Below the pieces are notes generated by a model that was not told the origin of the DNA, made no database searches, and worked only from the letters and a program-made list of their open reading frames with translations. The translations under genes were made by a program, and so were the position numbers. DNA of 45,179 nucleotides from a virus (Duplodnaviria > Caudoviricetes), in the IMG/VR virus record IMGVR_UViG_3300020215_000075, positions 1 through 45,179 of that record; one strand, 5' to 3'. Positions 8,020 through 18,096 of the stretch are shown here, in pieces (positions within the stretch are counted from its first letter, which is position 1; the number at the start of each line of letters is the position of its first letter).

Positions 8020-10164
8020 TTACCGCCGACTTGTGGGTTGAGGTTGCGCAGGAGTATTGCGCTTCATTCTCTCTTTGAATTCTTGTTCGTATTCAAGGTA
8101 TTCATCCCAATCTCTAAGAATCCTTGTTTCTGACTCTGCATCACTTGGGGTGATGTTTCTTAAAGCAAGGTCGATTTTTAATTTACTGAGACTATCTTTC
8201 AAAACCGTAATATCAATTTTATTACGATCCTTTGGAAAGTAACGGGACAACAACATTGAATCTCTAAGATCAGGAATGCGCGTCGTCGAAGCAGCCCGCA
8301 AGATTTCATTCATCTTAGCGATAACAACATCATCCTTTGCGTCTCGGTTCTGTGCTCGCCACATATCGAATTCGAATTCGGCTTTTGCCTTGACTTGCGC
8401 GAAGGCTGAATTCAACGCTCGGTTCTGACCAGCTTCACGATTTAACGTATTCGAAATCATTGTACGCGCTGCCTTATACGCAGTCGGCGGCGCATCCTTG
8501 GCGCGAAGTTCTCGATTGTTATTCACATATTTCTGGAATGTGTCGTTAGTGATCAACCCCCTATCCAACATCTTCCCGGCTTCTTCGAAGAATTCGAGTG
8601 GATCGAGAACATCGACATGGCGAGACAAATCCTGGATCGCGTTCTTGTCATCGCTGGTCACTCCACTCCGGAGCATCTTCATATAGGTTTCATAATGCGT
8701 AGCCTTGATCCATGGCCTTGCATTTACAACGGCGTCAGGGGTCAATTGATTCGTGGCGACAAGTTCAGACAAACGTTTTAATTCGTCCTCTTCTCTTCGT
8801 TCCAAAAGAAGTTTGTCATCCCTTAATTGACGTTCATAAGCCTGACGTTCTGCAATCTCCAACTTGTTCCACAACTGAATGCGGCTCTCTTCCGAGATGA
8901 AGTTCTGAATTCCACCGGCACCGGACACAACCATCTTGCCGTTGGCCCATTCGGCAACTTCCATTGCGGTCTTGTCTTTAAGGATAAACTGATTTGCTTT
9001 GTAAGCATCCTCGGACACGAGTTGTTGTACCGGAGTGTCGGGATGGGAAGTCAAGACCTTTACCGCACCACCAGCACCAAGAAAATGTGCAAGATGGATT
9101 TCTCCAGGAGTTGGATCACGTTTAAGGGTATTGCGAAGAACATTCATATTATTCTTCGTCAAACGTGCGGCGGCATCAGCTTGTTGTTCAATGGTCCACC
9201 CGGATGGATCACCAATGAGTCCATATTCTTTTGCCGTCTTATCAACGAAACCGAAGACACCGTGAGCTTGTGCAATAACTCTCCCGGTCTTTTCATCCCT
9301 GACAACATTATGTTTAACGTTTGATCTTAGTTGAGATTCAGCGCGTCCAATCGCAACCAGAACTTCTGCCGGTACACCATGCTTGACCGCGGCTTGTGCA
9401 ATTGTTTCTTCAGCCGAATTGGTAGCGTATCCGATATGGCGTCCAAGAACCAAACGAGCATGTGTAAAGTTTCCACGCTCGATCATTCCGTTGACGCCTG
9501 AAAGAACAGCCTGTTCCTTGGCTGCGCGCTCAACCGGAAGATAAGTCTCGTCATTGGTAATGCGACGAAGAAGTTTAAGCTTGTCATTTGTCGCAGCGAT
9601 TGCGGCATTGATATCACCACTCTCAACCGCCGACCTGCGAATATCTTGCAGACTTTCTTGAACCGTGTTCGAAACCTGAGCAATCCTTTGATTATGGGCT
9701 TTCATGCCAGCACGGCTTGCACCTTCAGACCGAAATCGTGCAGCGACATGATTGATGTGAGCCAGTCCTTTTTGTGATGGTGAAATACGTCCGGACTCTT
9801 TCAGACGTTCCAGAACAGATGTTGCCAATTCGCCCATCCGGTTATCATAGATGGTGACAAAATCCGGTTTGCTCGCCTCCGGACTGTTCAACAACTCTTG
9901 TTCTATCTTCGGGGCTTCCCGATAAAATTCCATCTGAAACAGATCGACATCAGCCTGATCCTTGATGTCTTTTGTCTCTTCGTAAAGTTTTTGGAAAACA
10001 GAAGATGCGCGCTCGACGTCTGCGGAGAAACCGCGGATCGCGCGACCGATCGGATCAACAACCTCTGTGTCCTGAACAGGATTAGGACGCATGGAAACGC
10101 CTGGATCGCGACCGACACCAGGACGTTGGATGCTGAATGGATTAATCGTATCCTGCGGAGGCAT
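8020..10164 (-). CDS. Internal virion protein with lytic transglycosylase domain
   Basis: AIGRAES...GVFGF...AAARL...HLAHFLGAGGA SLT motifs; position among the ejection genes. Confidence 0.8.
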   Translation of the reverse strand: MPPQDTINPFSIQRPGVGRDPGVSMRPNPVQDTEVVDPIGRAIRGFSADVERASSVFQKLYEETKDIKDQADVDLFQMEFYREAPKIEQELLNSPEASKPDFVTIYDNRMGELATSVLERLKESGRISPSQKGLAHINHVAARFRSEGASRAGMKAHNQRIAQVSNTVQESLQDIRRSAVESGDINAAIAATNDKLKLLRRITNDETYLPVERAAKEQAVLSGVNGMIERGNFTHARLVLGRHIGYATNSAEETIAQAAVKHGVPAEVLVAIGRAESQLRSNVKHNVVRDEKTGRVIAQAHGVFGFVDKTAKEYGLIGDPSGWTIEQQADAAARLTKNNMNVLRNTLKRDPTPGEIHLAHFLGAGGAVKVLTSHPDTPVQQLVSEDAYKANQFILKDKTAMEVAEWANGKMVVSGAGGIQNFISEESRIQLWNKLEIAERQAYERQLRDDKLLLERREEDELKRLSELVATNQLTPDAVVNARPWIKATHYETYMKMLRSGVTSDDKNAIQDLSRHVDVLDPLEFFEEAGKMLDRGLITNDTFQKYVNNNRELRAKDAPPTAYKAARTMISNTLNREAGQNRALNSAFAQVKAKAEFEFDMWRAQNRDAKDDVVIAKMNEILRAASTTRIPDLRDSMLLSRYFPKDRNKIDITVLKDSLSKLKIDLALRNITPSDAESETRILRDWDEYLEYEQEFKERMKRNTPAQPQPTSRR

Positions 10165-10167
10165 GAG

Positions 10168-10839
10168 CTATCCGTAAGGAGTTGGGGTATAGGCTTTGTT
10201 AGAACCAGACCAATTCGTCCTGGTCGACGGCTTAGGATTGGATGGTGCTGACCATGGGTTCTGCATTGAACTAAGCGTGTAATACATGGACTTAGATACA
10301 CCAGATACACCAGCCCCGATCGCGTTGATCGTCGCCGCAGTACGCACGCTATCCAAGGCATAAGGTTTCGCCGCTCTTGTCGCAGCGGCATTGCGCTTGT
10401 GAACAGCAGCGGAATGATCCAGGAGTTGTGCCTGCGTCTCGAACCGCGCTCGGTTTGTCATTCCGGCAAAAGCCAATCGGCTCTGTCCGAATTCCATCTC
10501 CTGGAAAATACTTTCATCCACCAGGAGTGGTGATCCTTCCAGGACAAGATTTGACTTTCCAAACATCGCACGACGCGAGGCCATTTTGGCACGGTTGACG
10601 CGGCGATAATCGTTAATCTCGGCAGTCGTGCGCTGCCGATCGCTTTCCATCATTTGACGCGCAACCTTCGCATTGAAGATATCAGCGTCAGCCTGTGCGT
10701 CGAAACCGGCAGCGCGATTATCGTATTCGATACTCAAACGCTGTGCAGTGCTTTGGCCCTCAGAAAGAGAACCCATGATTCCAAGCCCGGTCGATAGACC
10801 GTTCAACAATTGAAGTCCGCCGTACAGAAGATCAAGCAT
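10168..10839 (-). CDS. Small ejection protein (T7 gp14-like position)
   Basis: G/L-rich N-terminus, Ala-rich helical body, GSPL motif, synteny. Confidence 0.65.
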   Translation of the reverse strand: MLDLLYGGLQLLNGLSTGLGIMGSLSEGQSTAQRLSIEYDNRAAGFDAQADADIFNAKVARQMMESDRQRTTAEINDYRRVNRAKMASRRAMFGKSNLVLEGSPLLVDESIFQEMEFGQSRLAFAGMTNRARFETQAQLLDHSAAVHKRNAAATRAAKPYALDSVRTAATINAIGAGVSGVSKSMYYTLSSMQNPWSAPSNPKPSTRTNWSGSNKAYTPTPYG

Positions 10840-11263
10840 TGTGGTTCACCGGGTAATAGGACCACACTGAAGTGCCGCCGCCGTCCGGATAAAAGAACGG
10901 GATGTAGGCAATCTCAATTTCGAAACCCAAGAGTTTGATCCATCGCATTGCGCGCTCTGAGCGCGGATCGACATAGGATTCGAGGCGACGAAATGGATTG
11001 TTCCGCATCAGCCATCGTGAAGCCATGTGACATGTCACGAAATCATTGTTTTTTCCGTTGTGCGGAAACACAGCCCAAGCAACAGCACGATATTGATTAC
11101 ATGGAGCAAGACCGATGCAACCGATGATCCTGTTGCCTTTCAGAACAGAAAAGGCATGGTCACCAACGAAAAACTTCCCATCATCCAGGTTTACAAGACT
11201 TTCCTGGTGAGCGTAATTCGGAAGCTCTTTGAGATGATCAGGTGCGAATGAAATCAGGTTCAT
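10832..11263 (-). CDS. GNAT-fold virion assembly protein (T7 gp13-like position)
   Basis: AMRWIKLLGF motif; lies between tail tube B and the ejection genes. Confidence 0.65.
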   Translation of the reverse strand: MNLISFAPDHLKELPNYAHQESLVNLDDGKFFVGDHAFSVLKGNRIIGCIGLAPCNQYRAVAWAVFPHNGKNNDFVTCHMASRWLMRNNPFRRLESYVDPRSERAMRWIKLLGFEIEIAYIPFFYPDGGGTSVWSYYPVNHNA

Positions 11264-14211
11264 TCTGCCCTAATCTCCATCTGTGGAGCGAGACCAAGGA
11301 CGGTTATCGGTAAAGGCTTGTCGCCTTCCATATAGAGTCTGGCATCACGGCTGAACGCACCCTCGGCGCTTTGGATTGTCTCACCAGTGAACAATGGGAC
11401 AGCAACATCAGGGTCCTCGTGTTCCTGTTGGAATCGGATGGTGTAAAGATCGTGAACACGACGACCATGTTCATCATACTCGGTAGTCGTCATCTTGAAT
11501 TCGCTAGAATCAAGCAAGACAACACCGATCGCCGTTACGATCTTCACCTTACCAACACCGGCCCCAGCTTGGGTCGCAGCCGCCAGTTTCAGACCTTCAT
11601 ATTTGTGGGTATAGACAAGACCAACATGGATTTTTGTTGCTGGTGTATTAATCGAAATCGCTCCACCGGAAACAACCTTGGTCGGTTGAGCGATACCATC
11701 GGCAAGGACATTAACGGTTTGTCCTTCCAAATGATCGAGCCCGGTTACAGTTGTCGTTGCCGATCCGGAATAGGTCAGACCTGAATCGACATAGAATGCG
11801 TCTTCTTGTTCCTCGCGCATGGCGTTCTTCCAGGCGTTCTCGGTACTATAATCCTCGCGAAGAACACCATCGAAGAAATATTCCATGACTTCGATATAAC
11901 GCTTGGTCGATCCATTGATCGTGCGTTTCACGATCATCCACAATTCGTTGCGTTCGTCGGATGTATAAGTCTGGTTGGAATCATCGGCACCAGGAATGCA
12001 GGCGATGCTCTCGACAACAGCATTACCACTACCGAATACACCACCTATAATCGTCTGACTCCATCCCAGGATTTGATGTTGCCGGTTATAGGACAATGAA
12101 ACCAACCGGCCATCGGCTCGACGACACCAGACGGTTGAGAATGGATTACGCTGGTACACCATCTCTTCCAGGCGCGAGCGGAAGATATGATCGGACAGGA
12201 TTGTAAGGTCGGTAGCAAGAAACGAATCTTCCTGCAAAGAGAACCCTAAGTCATGCACCTCGCGCCGTGCGCGATCGGCAAAAAGAATGGTCTGATTGAT
12301 TTCGATATTCGACATATCGGCAACAGGAACCGCGGAATGTTGTTTCGCGGAAATATCACTCGGAGAAACCGTGGCTCCAGCCGATTGAACCACCCATTGA
12401 CCACCGGCAGTACCGATCATCAACTTACCGGAAGCGGCAGAAATCCAATGGATCGGATTGATCTGTGTCGATCGCAAGGTAACCGAAATAGCATCGTCAT
12501 CTTCAACGGTCGAAGCGCCATCCTCGAAACTGTCGGGTCGCATATTCTGAAGACTACCGGACTGTGACAACCAGACAGTATTCGGTTTTCCAGTGGTATT
12601 ACCGACAACAAATCGTCCGTCGAAGAAGGCCACGACTTTCGGGTATCCTTGACTTCCTCCGAATGCGCCCATCCTCCAACTTTCTGTTGGTGTGGTCGCG
12701 GCAAGATCACGCAATACCAGCAATGTCACGACAGTCGTGCTGGTGTAGGCCGTGATCACACCATATCCAGGTTCCTGCCCCGGCCATTCCAGTCGAATGA
12801 GTCTGCCAACATCAGACGCCGTGAACGGAGCAAAACCAAGAGCGGTTAAAGTGACTGAACCTGTCGTTGCACTCGGCTCCAACAAACGAGCATCTTCACT
12901 ATATGCCTGACAACCACCAACACCGGCTCGGCCTTTACCATAACCGGCATAACGGAATTCAACGTGAAGCGTCGTGCCTGATGTCGTGAATTCGTATGAT
13001 GCCCATCCAGGTTGTTGTGAGGCTGTGCTGTATTGAGTACCACCAGCAGATGATCCTAGATTGACGGTAACAGCACCAGCAGAAAGTATTAGAACGTGAA
13101 CAACGAATTTCTTTCCACTGACAACAGTGGTGGAAGTTCTCATAACCGCCGTTTGTGCCGATCCAGAAGCGCCAGGATCAAGCTCAGCGTGTTTGCCATC
13201 GTTGTTATGTAGAACAAAAGCAGCAGAACCAGTGCTGTTGTCTGTCCATCCAATAATACCGTTATCGAAAAGAGGATTGGTTATGATCTGTGCATCGTTT
13301 AGGTCAGTACCATCATTCGTTTCGAGGTATGGACCATCCTCAAAAAACGCTTCGACGATTGACCACGAACGATGACCACGACGCTCGATCTTACGAACGG
13401 CATAACTTTGATGACAGATATAGACGACATCACCGGCTTGGAAGTAGCGAAGATCGGTTAAGTCAGCGGTCGCATAAGGCGACGTCAATTCCAATGGCTC
13501 ATTGTCGAGAAAAACAACATCATCGATGAAGGCATTGCGAACAGGAGTGATGTTGTTTCTGAATTGGATATAGAACGTGGTTGCGTTCGGGGTGAAAGCG
13601 ATGGAGTGAAACCCGGCACCAAGTTTCACTTCTGAAAGAATCTCACTCCCGGTCGTTGATGTCCCGACCTGGAACCCGATCGTCCCACCGCCGTCAACCG
13701 CGACCTTGAAACGAAGGACATGTTCCTTGGCCGTATTCCCGGCAGAGATTGTGACCCCCTGTCGAGCCCATGCGACACCACCGGAAGCACCGGTCAACTG
13801 CATACGCTGATTGGTCGCATCATGTGCAATCGCCGCCCCACCGGTCGAAGCGTCGGTCCATCCGGTTATGTTTGATGCGAAAGTGCCATTAGTGACTGCG
13901 GCATCCGTATCCTCGACCGCGAGCCGACCTTGCCGACGATAGAACCGAAAATAGGCGTTCCCGGCTTCAAGCATATAGCTGTCGTCTTCCGAGAACTGGA
14001 ACGGAATCAAACGTGTCGACAAGGAAGAGGTTTTCACTTCCTTGATGAAGCGCGTGCCAGGACGGCGGGTAATGCCGCCTTGTGGGAGCAATACGAAATT
14101 CCGACACATCTTCGATGCGTTCGGATAGCGCTCGAAATCAACACGCGCTTCCATCCGCGGCGAGAATTCGCCGCTGTTGAGGGATGAAAGAAACGGATTG
14201 ATCTGCGACAT
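11260..14211 (-). CDS. Tail tubular protein B/nozzle with two inserted beta-sandwich domains
   Basis: N-terminal SLNSGEFSP...PQGGITRRPGT, C-terminal PLPITVL; 983 aa. Confidence 0.85.
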   Translation of the reverse strand: MSQINPFLSSLNSGEFSPRMEARVDFERYPNASKMCRNFVLLPQGGITRRPGTRFIKEVKTSSLSTRLIPFQFSEDDSYMLEAGNAYFRFYRRQGRLAVEDTDAAVTNGTFASNITGWTDASTGGAAIAHDATNQRMQLTGASGGVAWARQGVTISAGNTAKEHVLRFKVAVDGGGTIGFQVGTSTTGSEILSEVKLGAGFHSIAFTPNATTFYIQFRNNITPVRNAFIDDVVFLDNEPLELTSPYATADLTDLRYFQAGDVVYICHQSYAVRKIERRGHRSWSIVEAFFEDGPYLETNDGTDLNDAQIITNPLFDNGIIGWTDNSTGSAAFVLHNNDGKHAELDPGASGSAQTAVMRTSTTVVSGKKFVVHVLILSAGAVTVNLGSSAGGTQYSTASQQPGWASYEFTTSGTTLHVEFRYAGYGKGRAGVGGCQAYSEDARLLEPSATTGSVTLTALGFAPFTASDVGRLIRLEWPGQEPGYGVITAYTSTTVVTLLVLRDLAATTPTESWRMGAFGGSQGYPKVVAFFDGRFVVGNTTGKPNTVWLSQSGSLQNMRPDSFEDGASTVEDDDAISVTLRSTQINPIHWISAASGKLMIGTAGGQWVVQSAGATVSPSDISAKQHSAVPVADMSNIEINQTILFADRARREVHDLGFSLQEDSFLATDLTILSDHIFRSRLEEMVYQRNPFSTVWCRRADGRLVSLSYNRQHQILGWSQTIIGGVFGSGNAVVESIACIPGADDSNQTYTSDERNELWMIVKRTINGSTKRYIEVMEYFFDGVLREDYSTENAWKNAMREEQEDAFYVDSGLTYSGSATTTVTGLDHLEGQTVNVLADGIAQPTKVVSGGAISINTPATKIHVGLVYTHKYEGLKLAAATQAGAGVGKVKIVTAIGVVLLDSSEFKMTTTEYDEHGRRVHDLYTIRFQQEHEDPDVAVPLFTGETIQSAEGAFSRDARLYMEGDKPLPITVLGLAPQMEIRAE

Positions 14212-14832
14212 TTATTCGTATTCGCGTTCGCTGGTATTCTGGAAGCGAGACTTGATCCAGGAGCCATCATCCATCTTCTCAGGCCAATCCTCGATCCCGT
14301 CGATCGACTTGGCACGAGACAGAACACGGGCAAGTTCACGTGAGGCAAGGTCGGCAGCCGCAGCGGACTTGGACAATGCCATGGCCAAATCACGAGCAAG
14401 CCGCAACGACAAGGCATCGCGGAAAGTCGGAGTCATAAGGTTCGGGTCTTGCAGGTCCCAAATGTAGCGGATGTAGATCGGAGACTCGGCATCACAGAGA
14501 ATGATTCGATCAAGCGAGCTTTGGAATTCCAATCGATACTCGATCTTCGTCCTGTCATCATTGGTCGGATGGACAGAAATCAACCGAATGAAATCCTCCG
14601 GGATTTCGTAAGCATAGGTCCAACCGAATGTCGGAGACGTAGCAGAAGCCGAAATAGATCGACGCTTGATCGCAAAATTCCAGGTATGGAGACTGAGAAG
14701 ATCGCGACGGGCTTCATGATAAAGATCACGAGCGGCTACGGCTTCCTTCGCGCTATCGTTATCGAGCGAAGAAATACGTGCCGCACCGATTCGACGAAGA
14801 GCTACGTTCACAATCTCCGTATCTGTGGTCAT
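14212..14832 (-). CDS. Tail tubular protein A/adaptor
   Basis: EIVNVALRRIGA...HTWNFA...YAYEIPEDFIR. Confidence 0.85.
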   Translation of the reverse strand: MTTDTEIVNVALRRIGAARISSLDNDSAKEAVAARDLYHEARRDLLSLHTWNFAIKRRSISASATSPTFGWTYAYEIPEDFIRLISVHPTNDDRTKIEYRLEFQSSLDRIILCDAESPIYIRYIWDLQDPNLMTPTFRDALSLRLARDLAMALSKSAAAADLASRELARVLSRAKSIDGIEDWPEKMDDGSWIKSRFQNTSEREYE

Positions 14833-15449
14833 GCCGCTTTAACCTCTTCAACGCCGTCGAGGAAACGCTGCGCACTCTTCTCGTCGGAGAACTCCTTTAG
14901 GACTTCTCCATTGCCATTCTTCACAAGGAATTTCCCGGACTGTTTGCTGCGCGCGAGCGTCCAGTTAGCCCGATCTTCCTTTTCAACTTCCTTAGCCTTC
15001 GGCAAACGCGCTGTGTAGTTGTCGATGAATTGTTTGGCCTGCGCTTCATCGACGAACAACTCAACGGTATTGTTGCCATCGTCGCGAACCTCGTAAGCTC
15101 GACCGTTGTTGACTTTTACAATTCGAAGATTGGTGTTGGAAGAAACATCAACAACCTTCTTCTGTTCAGGAACCTTGATCAATTCCGAAACCTGGATCAC
15201 CTCGATACGATTGCGATCACAGGAAACAACACGGATCGAAACGACTTCAGTGAGACGTGAATAATTTGCGTCGGAGAATGAGCAAACATTCAGAAGATCA
15301 CCGGATTTGAGAATGGAAGAACAATCCTGCAAAGCCGCACCAAGATCGCCAACCTTCTCGATCGACAAAGGAATACGAACTTCGAAATGTTGTTGGAACG
15401 GCATCGCCTCCGTCATACTGACATCTTGGCGACGAATCAGATAACCCAT
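14829..15449 (-). CDS. Hypothetical protein with two short C-terminal repeats
   Basis: GGAG RBS; YEVRDDGNNTVELFVDEAQAKQFI and FLVKNGNGEVLKEFSDEKSAQRFL. Confidence 0.7.
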   Translation of the reverse strand: MGYLIRRQDVSMTEAMPFQQHFEVRIPLSIEKVGDLGAALQDCSSILKSGDLLNVCSFSDANYSRLTEVVSIRVVSCDRNRIEVIQVSELIKVPEQKKVVDVSSNTNLRIVKVNNGRAYEVRDDGNNTVELFVDEAQAKQFIDNYTARLPKAKEVEKEDRANWTLARSKQSGKFLVKNGNGEVLKEFSDEKSAQRFLDGVEEVKAA

Positions 15450-15461
15450 ATCAAATCTCCT

Positions 15462-16307
15462 TTAAGGTTTAAGGTAATCGTCGAGCCATTGAAGCTCTTC
15501 CTGCATCCCCTCCAGCTTCACGATATCCTTGCTGATGGTCGCGGAAGTCTTCATCATCGCGGCTAATTGTTTTTCGGTTTTTTGTTTTTCTGTATTCAGA
15601 AAAGACAAAACGTCAGGTGCTTGTTCTTGTCTTTCGATAAATGACAAAACAGCACGCTGTTGAGCGATCATCTGTTGGGTAATACGAAGAGACTCATTGA
15701 AGTTGTTCAGACGATCGGTGGTCTCTTTAAGACGACGCGTGGTCTTTGCCTGAAGCGGATCATCCTGCCACATAGGATATGCAACCGGTTCGAACGCCAG
15801 TCCACCATCGGCAAGGCGCGTGACCGGTACACCCATGTGTGTTGCCAGTTGAATGAAGTGACGAAAACCGGATCGCTGTTGGCGATACTCGGTTCCGTAT
15901 TCCATATCGACACCATAGATGGCGATTTCACCAGGAACTGGTTCTCCGTTCACAGGTCGCAGTTCGTCGAGTGCGAGAGCCATCATCCATGAGAAAGTCG
16001 ACGTCATGAAGAAGGTGCCGAAACGCTGCACGATCCGATCGTAAGGATAAGGCGTGATGTTCTTGGCGAGACCGGGTTCCGGATACATCATCACCAGTTC
16101 GGTCTCACCGAGAAAATCTCGCAACGCCTTGCGCCAAAGATTGGCCCAATCCTGCGGTTCGCCATCAAGACGATGAAGCTCGAACCAACGAGTAGCTCGG
16201 GTCACATAAGCTGCACGGCTCGATACACCCCATATCTCCCAGGATGCATCCCCGAACGGGGCGCGGTTTCCGGATGGAGCGGTGCCGACTAAAGCGATCT
16301 TCCTCAA
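15462..16307 (-). CDS. Putative sialyltransferase/Maf-like glycosyltransferase with C-terminal coiled coil
   Basis: KIALVGTAPS...EIWGV...TSTFSWMMALA...EIAIYGVDM resembles the Rossmann-like CMP-sugar transferase fold of GT29/GT42/Maf; TTG start after GAGGA. Confidence 0.5.
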   Translation of the reverse strand: MRKIALVGTAPSGNRAPFGDASWEIWGVSSRAAYVTRATRWFELHRLDGEPQDWANLWRKALRDFLGETELVMMYPEPGLAKNITPYPYDRIVQRFGTFFMTSTFSWMMALALDELRPVNGEPVPGEIAIYGVDMEYGTEYRQQRSGFRHFIQLATHMGVPVTRLADGGLAFEPVAYPMWQDDPLQAKTTRRLKETTDRLNNFNESLRITQQMIAQQRAVLSFIERQEQAPDVLSFLNTEKQKTEKQLAAMMKTSATISKDIVKLEGMQEELQWLDDYLKP

Positions 16308-16319
16308 AGGTCCTCACAT

Positions 16320-16350
16320 AAAAAGAAAGGCAGGGGATTTCTCCCCTGCC
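16320..16350 (-). terminator. Intrinsic terminator after the capsid and decoration genes
   Basis: GGCAGGGGA-GAAA-TCCCCTGCC followed by TTTCTTTTT on the minus strand. Confidence 0.8.
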
Positions 16351-16362
16351 CGTTGGTTTCGA

Positions 16363-17022
16363 TTAGGTGCCACCAAGGAAGACGGAAGCGCCTTCATTCA
16401 CGGCCGTCGCCTGACGCTGGTAGCCTTGCAGCCGCCAACGCGAGGTCGAGGACGCTTTCAGATGGAACCATTCGCCTTCAGCCTGAAGCTGAATGCGACG
16501 GTTGCCAACCGAATCGTAGGTGACGCCAGTGCCGCCACCGGCAGCACCATCGGATGCATCCATGCTCACATCCGAGGCCGAAGCGCCAGCGTCGAAGTGG
16601 AACAACTGCGTTCCGCTATCGACCTTGGTAACGATCAACTCAGCGCCCGGATACGGCGTTGGAAGCACGGCACGCGAAGCGGTCGCGATAGAAGTGCCAA
16701 CTTCATAGAAGCCAACCTTCAGTTTCGTGATCGCATCGGCAGTACCGGTCGCAAAGGTACGGATCGGAAGATCGCCACCCGCGAACTGCGTAACCACCGC
16801 CGTGGTGGAAGCCGCAGAAACGCGAAGGAAGAAATTGCCGTCCGAACACTGACACCAGATCACATCCTCCGCTTGAAGGTTGGACGTGTTCTTGCCATCG
16901 CTGTCCAGGAAATAACCGTTCGCAAGAACGGTCGCCATGGTATCGCTGCCAGCATCATAGATGTAGGCAAGATCACCAACGGCACCCGGTTGGAGGTGGA
17001 GGTTTCCAGAGCTAAAAGCCAT
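16363..17022 (-). CDS. Probable capsid decoration/minor virion protein (S/T/A/G-rich)
   Basis: GGAGG RBS; directly after the capsid gene and before the terminator. Confidence 0.6.
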   Translation of the reverse strand: MAFSSGNLHLQPGAVGDLAYIYDAGSDTMATVLANGYFLDSDGKNTSNLQAEDVIWCQCSDGNFFLRVSAASTTAVVTQFAGGDLPIRTFATGTADAITKLKVGFYEVGTSIATASRAVLPTPYPGAELIVTKVDSGTQLFHFDAGASASDVSMDASDGAAGGGTGVTYDSVGNRRIQLQAEGEWFHLKASSTSRWRLQGYQRQATAVNEGASVFLGGT

Positions 17023-17037
17023 TGTTCTGTTCCTCCA

Positions 17038-17937
17038 TTACACGACAAGGACGGTCGGCAGAGTGGCCGAGTCGTCGAGGTCAAGTTCGAAGACGCCAGC
17101 GGCTTCGATCAAGCATGCACCGCCCGACATCATATGATTGATGAAGTGCGCTGCACGATCGCCGTGCCACGTGATGTCTGCGGACACCGCCTGATTCTGA
17201 GCGGCATTCCCCGCGAACGCACCGGTCGCATAGCCAACCGAGAACTTGTGCCAGATGAAACCCTTCGCGGACGAAGAGCTACCGGCATTCGGCAGGCCAG
17301 TGTGAACGGTCCAGTTCACCCCCATCCAACGCCGCCAATTGAACGAAGGCATGCCCTGTTCCATCGGCTGGTTGTTCGGGGACACATAGTCCGCGGACGC
17401 GAAGGACTCGACCTTCATCGCCGCCGAATATGCATGCGGAGTAAGTGCGCAATAGCGCTGCCCGTCATTCGGAACGTTCGCATTGTCGAGCGAGCGAACG
17501 GTCGCGAGCAACGAGTTCTCGATCCCCATCACGCTGGTATAGACCCACGTAACCGCAGTAGTCGTGGTCGTATCCAGTGCAGTGATGATCTGATCGTCGA
17601 CCTTGCGGCCGAGAGCCCACGCACCACCCATGGCGATCGCCATGCGTTCGTCGTGGTTAACCTTCGCCTCGTCCAGCTTATCTACCCAATCGCCAGCGTA
17701 AAAATCAGAAAGCGTACACTGGACCGAGGTATGATCCTGGTTCATCGGCGTAATCACGCCATGGCGTGCCTTGGTGGTCGCGATACCAGTTCCAATTTTC
17801 TGGAACGTAGTAGACGAACCAACCACGCCATCTTTCGTGCGGACAGTAGACCGGAGGTAACCGCCCTGTCGTTGAAACAGGTGGTGAACTTCGGACTCGT
17901 ACTGCCGAACGAAGGCTTCAGTGATGGTAGTAGCCAT
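17038..17937 (-). CDS. Major capsid protein
   Basis: MATTITEAFVRQYESEVHHLFQRQGG...ALGRKVDDQII...NVPNDGQRY; start placed at the ATG after AAGGA. Confidence 0.9.
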   Translation of the reverse strand: MATTITEAFVRQYESEVHHLFQRQGGYLRSTVRTKDGVVGSSTTFQKIGTGIATTKARHGVITPMNQDHTSVQCTLSDFYAGDWVDKLDEAKVNHDERMAIAMGGAWALGRKVDDQIITALDTTTTTAVTWVYTSVMGIENSLLATVRSLDNANVPNDGQRYCALTPHAYSAAMKVESFASADYVSPNNQPMEQGMPSFNWRRWMGVNWTVHTGLPNAGSSSSAKGFIWHKFSVGYATGAFAGNAAQNQAVSADITWHGDRAAHFINHMMSGGACLIEAAGVFELDLDDSATLPTVLVV

Positions 17938-18096
17938 CGCTTTAGTCCTTGTTTGGGGTTGGAGTTCAAAGTGGACCATCCTGCTCTGGTAACCGGTCGA
18001 AGGTAGCGAAAGCGGTAACCCTCGCGGGGCGCTGCTACCTTTTTCCGGGCATTGCAGTTGGTATTCATCGAAACCTTTCGAGCTTCGGTGAAATCG

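Noticed and set aside
16282-18006. 574-aa plus-strand ORF
   Set aside because: Antisense to the capsid and decoration genes, Arg-rich and motif-free
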